Shown: positions 56,122 to 62,828 of the stretch, one piece after another | How the letters are laid out: the number at the start of each line of letters is the position of its first letter | Position numbering within the stretch: the stretch's first letter is position 1 | IMG/VR virus record: IMGVR_UViG_2599185359_000001 | Span: 46,779-110,778 of that record | Direction: 5' to 3' (one strand) | Length of the DNA stretch: 64,000 bases | Source of the DNA: a virus | Taxonomy: Duplodnaviria; Caudoviricetes | Notes under the pieces: model-generated | What the model saw: only the letters and a program-made list of their open reading frames with translations | What the model was told of the DNA's origin: nothing | The model's database searches: none | Translations under genes and position numbers: made by a program

Positions 56122-56399
56122 CGGGCGTCTCCGTACACGTCCCAGGCATAGCCGGCGGGCTCGGGGTCGAAACAAAGCTCGTCGTCCAGATCTTCCCATT
56201 CGTCATCGGGTACGTCGAGCTCTTCGCCAGCGCCGCCCTCACAAGCGGCACCCCCGTCTTCGAGACCCTGCGCCGCGTCGACGATGTCGTCGAAGAGCTG
56301 GCCGGGCGAGGGGAAGCAGGCGAGCCAGCCGCGGAGCGCGGCGAGGTAGATCCTGGGGTTCCGCACAAAGAACACCCAATGCGTCGGCAGAATAGGCAT
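56118..56399 (-). CDS. Small acidic hypothetical protein
   Basis: ATGA overlap with ABC ATPase. Confidence 0.55.
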   Translation of the reverse strand: MPILPTHWVFFVRNPRIYLAALRGWLACFPSPGQLFDDIVDAAQGLEDGGAACEGGAGEELDVPDDEWEDLDDELCFDPEPAGYAWDVYGDAR

Positions 56400-56405
56400 A
56401 GCTGG

Positions 56406-57086
56406 TCACCGTCCACGGCAAAATTCCACGAAGGCTTCGGCGCCGGTCTTCCCGGTGTCGGCCTCGATCTGTGCGATGAAGCGGCGCACGTCGCGCACCG
56501 CGGCAATGGGGATGGCGTTGAAGCCCAAGGCCTTGGTCAGCTTCTCTTCCGACGCATCGGTCTTGGCGACCTTCTCCTCGGTCTCGGCATCCTGCCGATC
56601 GATGTCGGCGTCCAGGTCAGTCGAGATCGCGGCGATGTCGACGGTGCCCAGGTCCTCGATCAGGAAGTCGAGCTCGTGCTCCTCAAAGCCGAGCGCCGCG
56701 ATGTCGACGTCATCGGCGTCCATCAGGCGCTTCAGCTCCTCCGCCATGAAGCCGCTGTCGTATTCCGTCGACGCGGTCTTGTTGTGCGCGATGCGCGCGG
56801 CGTCTGCCTGGTTCTTCGAAAGGTGGGCGGCGTGCTTCACCGGCACCGTCGTGTGGCCGAGCGCGACCAGGGCTTCATACCGACCGTGGCCAGCGATCAG
56901 CACGCCTTCGAGATCGACGATCAGGGCGTCGAACAGACCGTCAGCCGAGATGCTCGCCTTCAGCTTCGCGATATGCTGCGGCGAGTGCACCTTGGTGTTT
57001 TTGGCGTAAGGTTTGACCTTGTCGATCGTCCACATCTCCGTGGGCAGACGGACCAGGTCATAGGGATCGTGTGTGTTGCTCAACAC
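56406..57086 (-). CDS. ParB/Srx N-terminal-domain protein
   Basis: KPYAKNTKVH, SISADG, IAGHGR, ARIAHN. Confidence 0.85.
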   Translation of the reverse strand: MLSNTHDPYDLVRLPTEMWTIDKVKPYAKNTKVHSPQHIAKLKASISADGLFDALIVDLEGVLIAGHGRYEALVALGHTTVPVKHAAHLSKNQADAARIAHNKTASTEYDSGFMAEELKRLMDADDVDIAALGFEEHELDFLIEDLGTVDIAAISTDLDADIDRQDAETEEKVAKTDASEEKLTKALGFNAIPIAAVRDVRRFIAQIEADTGKTGAEAFVEFCRGR

Positions 57087-57088
57087 AT
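57069..57088 (+). promoter_or_regulatory. Operator motif copy 26 (over ParB start)
   Basis: GTGTGTGTTGCTCAACACAT. Confidence 0.72.
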
Positions 57089-57265
57089 GCCTCCTTCACG
57101 AAAAAGATCGTCGATTCCCTGCGGCTCAACTTCCTCGAAGAGATCGCCGCTCGTGCACATGCGGCACGTCCGCGGCTTGTCGCGGTTCACGCACCCGGCG
57201 CAGTCATCGAACTGCCAGTGGGGCAGGGTCTCGGGCTCGTCGTGGAAATCGTCACACAGCGGCAT
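57080..57265 (-). CDS. Small CxxC-CxxC metal-binding protein
   Basis: CAGC...CRMC; overlaps both ParB genes. Confidence 0.55.
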   Translation of the reverse strand: MPLCDDFHDEPETLPHWQFDDCAGCVNRDKPRTCRMCTSGDLFEEVEPQGIDDLFREGGMC

Positions 57266-57932
57266 CGTTGTCGTCCTTCAGCAGCAGAAAGGCGAGCGCG
57301 TCGCCGGCGTTGGTCAGATCGTCTTCCTTGGTGAAGCCCTGCTCGCTCATCGTCTTCTTGATGAGGTCGGAGATGCGAGCGGCGTCGTTCAGCCCGTTGC
57401 GGAAGCGCATGGTCTGGTGGGTCTTCGCGAGCTTGGGCGCGGGCGTCTCGTCCTCGCCGTCGTCTTCATCCTCGTCGAGCGTGGGCTGGTCGATGTCGAG
57501 ATCGTCGATGTCGACCGACAGACTTGCCGTGATCGCGCTGATGTCGCGTTGGCTCCAGGGCAACACGGCCTCCAGGTCGCCGGCGTTCAGCTCGCTCAGC
57601 AGCTCCGAAAGCTTCAGCGTGTCGTCGATGCCATAGCGCGCGTTGTCGGCCAGGCTGATCTCCTTGGCCTTCTCGTCGCTGATCACGCCCAGGTTGATGC
57701 AGGGCACCTCGTCCATGCCGAGCTCGATTGCCTGCTCGTTGCGATGCCAGCCGCCGATGCACTCATGGGCGATCGGGCCGCCGCCGCCGTCCAGCAGACG
57801 GATCAGGATCGGCTTGAAGAAGCCGTTGCGCTCGATCGAGGCGCGCAGCTTCTCTTCGTTCTCGTGCGAGACGACGTTCGCATTCCACGGGCTGGCGGTG
57901 ATCGTGCGAGGGTCTCGCATCTCATATTTCAT
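57252..57932 (-). CDS. ParB/Srx N-terminal-domain protein
   Basis: PWNAN, SIERNGFFKPI, IGGWHR, ISLADN. Confidence 0.85.
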   Translation of the reverse strand: MKYEMRDPRTITASPWNANVVSHENEEKLRASIERNGFFKPILIRLLDGGGGPIAHECIGGWHRNEQAIELGMDEVPCINLGVISDEKAKEISLADNARYGIDDTLKLSELLSELNAGDLEAVLPWSQRDISAITASLSVDIDDLDIDQPTLDEDEDDGEDETPAPKLAKTHQTMRFRNGLNDAARISDLIKKTMSEQGFTKEDDLTNAGDALAFLLLKDDNDAAV

Positions 57933-57953
57933 CGGGTCAAAAGCCTCTTTTGC

Positions 57954-57973
57954 ATGTGTGTCATCCTACACTG
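57954..57973 (+). promoter_or_regulatory. Operator motif copy 27
   Basis: ATGTGTGTCATCCTACACTG. Confidence 0.68.
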
Positions 57974-58030
57974 TTTCGCCGACGTGAGGAAGCCAAATCT
58001 TAGACACTTCTGGTAAGGTGGTTACAGTAC

Positions 58031-58050
58031 GTGTGTGTCGGTAAGCACTA
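58031..58050 (+). promoter_or_regulatory. Operator motif copy 28
   Basis: GTGTGTGTCGGTAAGCACTA. Confidence 0.68.
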
Positions 58051-58075
58051 GACCCGGTAAGGTGAAACCGGTAAG

Positions 58076-59722
58076 ATGCGCTCGATGAAGAAGATTGCGC
58101 GCATCCTGGCGAACCCCGTCGTGGCGAAGGTCGAACTGAACGACGATCCCACGAAACTGGCTCTCTCGAACGCTATGAGCTTCGTGGTTGAAGGCCACGA
58201 GCATATGGGCAATGGAGGCTGGGACGGGCGCTCTACCTTGTTCGACTGGAGCACCAGCAAATTTCCGGCGGGCTTCGTCACCACGGCGATCGCTACGCTG
58301 CAGGAGGCCGGGTACGAGGTTCAGATCGTGCGCAAGCCTCTGCCGGCGCCGCTCGGGCCGATGCCGACGCAAGGGTTCCCCATCGTCGACAGCTACGCGC
58401 CCGACCCGAACCGCGACTACCAGTTCAAGGCGGTGCGGATCCTCGAGAAGCAGGGAAGCTACATCGCCCAGGTCGCGACCGGCGGCGGCAAGTCGCGCAT
58501 CGCCGCGATGTGCATCACACGCATCGGCCGCAAGACGATGTTCATCACCACGCGCTCGGCGCTCCTCTACCAGATGGGTGAAGCGCTCGACGAGGCAGGC
58601 AAGCATATCCTAGCCCAGCTCTCCGATGACGAGCTTCTCGCCGCCATGAGCGTCGAGATGGCGACCCGACTGAAGACGTTCACCGTCAGTTACGTCGGCG
58701 ACAGTCAGTGGGACACCTCGGGCGACGTCGTGTGCGCGATGGTGCAAACACTCGGCCAGCGCGTGGCGCCCCACGAGGTCAAGATAGGCACGTCCCAGGT
58801 CGAGCAGAAGCTCGCCGCGGAGCGTTGGAAGCAGCGCTATGACGAAGCGATCGCGTTCCTCGACAGCATCGAGTTCGTTATTGGCGAAGAGGCGCATGAG
58901 GCCGGCGGCGGGGCATATTACGAGGTGCTCGGCCTCTGCCGGAACGCGCACTACCGTTTGGCGCTCACCGCGACCCCGATGATGCGCGACGGTGAGAGCG
59001 ATATGCGGCTGATCGCGCGCTTTGGTCCCATCCGCCTGCGCGTCACCGAGGCGTTCCTGATCAACTGCGGCATCCTCGCGAAGCCGTTCTTCAAGTTCAT
59101 CCCGATCGGCGCGAAGGAACAGCCCCCGACGCTGCGGCGGGCGACAGCCTGGCAGAAGGCCGAGGAGCTCGGCATCGTCAACAACCCCACGCGCAACAAG
59201 CATGTCTGCGCCGAGACCATTCGCGGTTCGCGCTGGGGGCTGCCTGTGGGCATTCTGGTGAAGCGCCAGAAGCACGGCAAGATCTTGCACGAGATGCTGA
59301 AGCAGGTCGGCATGAAGGGCGAGTTTATCTTCGGTGAGAGCGGCAACGCCAAGCGCAAGGCCGCGCTCGATAAGCTCGCCTCGGGCGAATACGACTATGT
59401 GATCGGCTCAACCATCATCGACGTCGGCGTCGACGTCCCGGCGCTGCAGATCCTCATCATGGCCGGCGGCGGCAAAGCAGAAGTCGCTGTGCGACAGCGG
59501 ATCGGGCGCGCGCTACGCAAAAAGCGCAAGACCCCGAATTTCGCGTTCATCGTCGAGTTCGACGACGGCAACAACAAGCACCTCATCAAGCACGCAAAAG
59601 CCCGCCGGGCGATCGTCGAGCAGACCGACGGCTTCAAGGAAGGCGTGCTCGCGAAGGGCAAGGACTTCGACTTCCGCGGCCTGGGCTTCACCCGTCCTCT
59701 CCCGCAGGCGATGGCGGCATGA
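58076..59722 (+). CDS. Superfamily 2 (DEAH-like) helicase
   Basis: ATGGGKS, EEAH, LTATP, DVGVDVP, QRIGRALR; true start may be 58085. Confidence 0.9.
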   Translation: MRSMKKIARILANPVVAKVELNDDPTKLALSNAMSFVVEGHEHMGNGGWDGRSTLFDWSTSKFPAGFVTTAIATLQEAGYEVQIVRKPLPAPLGPMPTQGFPIVDSYAPDPNRDYQFKAVRILEKQGSYIAQVATGGGKSRIAAMCITRIGRKTMFITTRSALLYQMGEALDEAGKHILAQLSDDELLAAMSVEMATRLKTFTVSYVGDSQWDTSGDVVCAMVQTLGQRVAPHEVKIGTSQVEQKLAAERWKQRYDEAIAFLDSIEFVIGEEAHEAGGGAYYEVLGLCRNAHYRLALTATPMMRDGESDMRLIARFGPIRLRVTEAFLINCGILAKPFFKFIPIGAKEQPPTLRRATAWQKAEELGIVNNPTRNKHVCAETIRGSRWGLPVGILVKRQKHGKILHEMLKQVGMKGEFIFGESGNAKRKAALDKLASGEYDYVIGSTIIDVGVDVPALQILIMAGGGKAEVAVRQRIGRALRKKRKTPNFAFIVEFDDGNNKHLIKHAKARRAIVEQTDGFKEGVLAKGKDFDFRGLGFTRPLPQAMAA

Positions 59723-60009
59723 CCAATCTGCCGATACCGCTGACGACGAAAACCGTCAGCACCAAGGTGGCGCCGGACGCGTGGGGTAGGGTGGGCGAGC
59801 TCGCCGCCAGGCTCGGCGCGCGGAAATCCGACATCGTGTCGATCTGCCTGCTCTTCATGGACGAGGAGCTCATCGAACAAAAGCTGGCAGAGCAGGCGCG
59901 GGCGCTTGAGAGCATGCCCAAGGCGGTGAGGGGGCTGCTGCGCGATGCTGACAAGCTGAACGCCGATCAGCGCCGTGCGATCATCGAAGCTCTTTCTGAT
60001 CCTGAGTGA
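59719..60009 (+). CDS. Ribbon-helix-helix-like DNA-binding protein
   Basis: TVSTKV...VGELAARLGARKSDIV. Confidence 0.5.
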   Translation: MTNLPIPLTTKTVSTKVAPDAWGRVGELAARLGARKSDIVSICLLFMDEELIEQKLAEQARALESMPKAVRGLLRDADKLNADQRRAIIEALSDPE

Positions 60010-60030
60010 AGATTGCTCTTGCTCGGTCGC

Positions 60031-60050
60031 GTGTGTGTTGCTACACACAC
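60031..60050 (+). promoter_or_regulatory. Operator motif copy 29 (near-perfect dyad)
   Basis: GTGTGTGTTGCTACACACAC inside TTGCTC-N17-TACACA. Confidence 0.75.
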
Positions 60051-60081
60051 GTCAGCAACAATGCAAATGGAGTTCAGGTTC

Positions 60082-60327
60082 ATGAAGTTTGGTGATTTTG
60101 TCGCGGAGGTCATCGCCCGCATTCTTCCGACCCAGTCGGTTGACGTGCTGGTGAAGAGCCTCACGAAGCTGGCCGCGAAGCTCGACGCTGCCGAGCGTCT
60201 TCACAACGACCGCGCCCGTCTGCTGCGCGATGAGGTCAATCGTCTGCGCGCCGAAGCGTTCGCCGCCGAGCAGGAAGCCGCGCGTGCGGGTCGCACCCGC
60301 GACAAGATCGCAGATCTCACCGCCTAA
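60082..60327 (+). CDS. Hypothetical coiled-coil protein
   Basis: ATG at 60082 after GGAG. Confidence 0.6.
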   Translation: MKFGDFVAEVIARILPTQSVDVLVKSLTKLAAKLDAAERLHNDRARLLRDEVNRLRAEAFAAEQEAARAGRTRDKIADLTA

Positions 60328-60354
60328 CCGAACGCTACCAGGAAGAGCTGCGGC

Positions 60355-60918
60355 ATGAGCGCCACCGTGAAAATCATTGGGATCTGTGGTCATCCGAAGC
60401 ACGGCAAGAGCGCCGCGCAGCTCTTCCTTCAGCACCAGGGCGTCACGCCAGTCGACGACAGCCGCACGCTGCGTCGACTGGCGATGATCCGCTACGGCCT
60501 TTCTTGGGACGATGTCACGACCCAGGAAGGCAAGGCCCGCTACATCCGCCGTCCCGACTATGGCGACACGGTGGCGGTGCGGCAGGCGATCGGCGATCTG
60601 GGCAAGGAATACGAGACCAAACACGGGCCGAACTATTGGATGGAGCGCGCGATCGCCAAAGCGAAGCGCTACAGCTCTCCGATCAGCTTCGGCAGTGTGC
60701 GCATGGGCCAGGCTCATGCAATCCGCGCGGCAGGCGGGCTCACGATTGCAGTGGTCAATCCCCGCCTGCCGCTTTCCACTCACGATTTTGACCAGTTCGA
60801 CCCCGCGGGTGTGGACTGCTGGGTCCAGAACGACGGCGACCTCGCTCTCTTCGAGCGCCGCGTCCTGCAGGCGGCAGCTCCATACCTGCACGGCGAGCAG
60901 CCCAGGGGCACCCAATGA
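60355..60918 (+). CDS. Deoxynucleoside monophosphate kinase (T4 gp1-like)
   Basis: IIGICGHPKHGKS, TQEGK, VRQAIGDLG, NYW, VQNDG. Confidence 0.75.
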   Translation: MSATVKIIGICGHPKHGKSAAQLFLQHQGVTPVDDSRTLRRLAMIRYGLSWDDVTTQEGKARYIRRPDYGDTVAVRQAIGDLGKEYETKHGPNYWMERAIAKAKRYSSPISFGSVRMGQAHAIRAAGGLTIAVVNPRLPLSTHDFDQFDPAGVDCWVQNDGDLALFERRVLQAAAPYLHGEQPRGTQ

Positions 60919-61178
60919 CACGAGATCTATTCGCCGACCTCGCACGCGAGGCGATCCTTCACACCGACATCGAACTGCTGAACAAGCACAACGTCTCCGA
61001 CGACACGATGTCGATTATGGCCGCCGAGCACGCGGCGCGCACCGAGACTCTTGCAAAGGCGATCGACCCGACGCTCGGCAAGGCCCTGCTGCTGATGATC
61101 GCTGGACACCTCATGAAGGCAGCCAAGCAGATCGACGCGGCGACAGTTCAAGAGCCGGAGCTTGTGACCCATGGCTGA
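60915..61178 (+). CDS. Hypothetical protein
   Basis: ATGA overlap. Confidence 0.6.
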   Translation: MTRDLFADLAREAILHTDIELLNKHNVSDDTMSIMAAEHAARTETLAKAIDPTLGKALLLMIAGHLMKAAKQIDAATVQEPELVTHG

Positions 61179-61731
61179 TCTGTGGTCGCTGATACCGTTC
61201 CGGCGGATGCTGCCCGGCGAGACCCTGCGCTATGAGCGGCAGCACTCGCTTCCAGAGTCTCTCGATGCGGCTCTGCCTGACGAGACCGTCCCTGGTTCGG
61301 TTGCGGAACTTGAAGAGCTTCGCGGACAATTGCGGGACGCGCGCTCCACGATCGACGTGCTCCAGGGGTGCCTGCGCTCGCAACGGGGCCAATTGATCAC
61401 GGCGCGCGCGGATGCTGCCGACGTCTCGGTTCGGCTAGGTGTCGCTCAGCTTGAGGCTACCGGTCTGCAAGAAACCAACACGGCGTTAAGCGAGTCACTC
61501 GCAGCCGTGACGGCCGCGCTCGAGGAACTCGCGCAAACCGAGACTGCGGCGCGCGCGTTCATGGACGTGTTGGCGATCCGTGGCTCCGGCGGCATTCCGC
61601 TATTCCGTGCGAACGACGACGCGGCGCCGGCCGACATCCAGATGCTCAAGCACGCCGTGCTGACGCTGCAAGCCCGCCTGGAGGGTGCCCCGCTGCCCGA
61701 GCTGGTCACGCTCGACCGGGTGCTGAATTGA
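61171..61731 (+). CDS. Hypothetical coiled-coil protein
   Basis: Overlaps both neighbours. Confidence 0.6.
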   Translation: MADLWSLIPFRRMLPGETLRYERQHSLPESLDAALPDETVPGSVAELEELRGQLRDARSTIDVLQGCLRSQRGQLITARADAADVSVRLGVAQLEATGLQETNTALSESLAAVTAALEELAQTETAARAFMDVLAIRGSGGIPLFRANDDAAPADIQMLKHAVLTLQARLEGAPLPELVTLDRVLN

Positions 61732-62162
61732 TCCCTTGGACGCTCCTGGCGCCCCTGAAACCCCTGGCCACGCCTGTCGCAGCGATCGCAGTTGTCGCCG
61801 CGGCGTGGTGGGGGTTCTCGTCGTGGCGCGAGAACCTGGTCGAGAGCGCCGATGCCCGCGGCTTTGCGCGCGCCGAGGAGCTCTACAAGGCTCAGGTCGA
61901 GGCCGCGAACAAGGTCGCCGAGCATGACACCAACCAGATGGACCGAATGGCTCTGGTGCTCGGCGCTCTCACGCAAAACCGAACGCAGGAGCTTCGGGTT
62001 AACCTGGCGCCCGCGCAGGAGAGGATGAAGAATGAAGTTGCCGCTGACCCTCGCTATCGTGAGTGCGTTGTCACTGACGGCATGCTCGCGAACATCAACG
62101 CTCAGCGTGCCGCCGTCGACGCCGCCGTCGCTGCCAGCAATCCCAAGCCAGTTGGACGTTGA
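61728..62162 (+). CDS. Inner-membrane spanin (Rz-like)
   Basis: N-terminal TM then coiled coil, C-terminal Cys; overlaps lipoprotein gene. Confidence 0.68.
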   Translation: MIPWTLLAPLKPLATPVAAIAVVAAAWWGFSSWRENLVESADARGFARAEELYKAQVEAANKVAEHDTNQMDRMALVLGALTQNRTQELRVNLAPAQERMKNEVAADPRYRECVVTDGMLANINAQRAAVDAAVAASNPKPVGR

Positions 62163-62337
62163 CCCCAAGCCGCTCGGCGCGCTTGCGGACGGTGCCATGG
62201 GCACGCTGACTATCACGGGCTCGGTCGACGCGCAGGCCTATGGGGAGCTCGCGATCCGCTATAACGGCCTCCGCGACTTCTATGCGTGCGTCCGCGAACA
62301 GCTGACATTCCACGCGGCGGCGGAGCTCTGCAAGTGA
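62032..62337 (+). CDS. Outer-membrane spanin lipoprotein (Rz1-like)
   Basis: Signal peptide with lipobox LTAC, Pro-rich, overlapping Rz in another frame. Confidence 0.7.
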   Translation: MKLPLTLAIVSALSLTACSRTSTLSVPPSTPPSLPAIPSQLDVDPKPLGALADGAMGTLTITGSVDAQAYGELAIRYNGLRDFYACVREQLTFHAAAELCK

Positions 62338-62570
62338 TCGAGAACATTCGGTATGTCGGCGATCTCGCCGGCGCGATCGGCTGGGCGCTGCTCAAGGTGC
62401 CCGTTCTGATGGCTGGCTTGGGTCTGTGGGTGGCGATAGTGCTTGGCGCGAAGAAGTGCTTCCGCCGCTGGCGCATCTACAGCCACCATCCGCTGGCGAA
62501 GCGGATCCGCGTGTTCCTGCGCGCCCGGCGGGCGGCAAGAGAATCGAAGGCCGCCGCAAATTCCCGTTGA
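62334..62570 (+). CDS. Small membrane protein
   Basis: GTGA overlap; TM followed by basic tail. Confidence 0.5.
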   Translation: MIENIRYVGDLAGAIGWALLKVPVLMAGLGLWVAIVLGAKKCFRRWRIYSHHPLAKRIRVFLRARRAARESKAAANSR

Positions 62571-62594
62571 CGGCGGCGGAGTATGTGCTAACCA
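62567..62594 (+). promoter_or_regulatory. Putative promoter of xis-int
   Basis: TTGACG-N16-TAACCA with extended TG; operator over -10. Confidence 0.55.
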
Positions 62595-62602
62595 ACACAC
62601 AC
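62583..62602 (-). promoter_or_regulatory. Operator motif copy 30 (xis)
   Basis: GTGTGTGTTGGTTAGCACAT on minus strand, 1 nt before the xis ATG. Confidence 0.72.
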
Positions 62603-62603
62603 C

Positions 62604-62828
62604 ATGACGCAACAAGCTGAAAAATCCCGGTGGGAGGGACCCCTCCCATTCACCCCCAGGATGCTCGATGCGGACCTGGCTGCTCTTTACATGGGCGTCT
62701 CCCGACGCAAGTTTCTGACCCGTGTTGAACAACACACCTATCCCGCTCCTACTCGGGATGGTGGCAACACGGTCTGGGATCGACACGTCCTGGATCGATA
62801 TCTGGATGCCCGGTCGGGCCTCGCATGA
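62604..62828 (+). CDS. xis: Excisionase / AlpA-like HTH
   Basis: PRMLDADLAALYMGVS..F......YPAP......VWDR..LD; overlaps integrase. Confidence 0.75.
   Translation: MTQQAEKSRWEGPLPFTPRMLDADLAALYMGVSRRKFLTRVEQHTYPAPTRDGGNTVWDRHVLDRYLDARSGLA

Noticed and set aside
56406-57932. ParB genes as a plasmid partition system with the motif as parS
   Set aside because: No ParA and no obvious HTH; sites overlap promoters genome-wide rather than clustering. Not formally excluded
57-58016. Long plus-strand ORFs (e.g. 57-1652, 4563-6437, 11239-13977, 37397-39100, 50459-52306, 56097-58016)
   Set aside because: Antisense shadows of well-supported minus-strand genes in high-GC DNA; no motifs or RBS
996-62602. 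GTGTG...CACAC motif as CRISPR repeats, REP elements or simple (GT)n microsatellites
   Set aside because: Copies are dispersed at irregular kb distances, degenerate in the middle, with fixed half-site spacing; no cas genes or regular spacers
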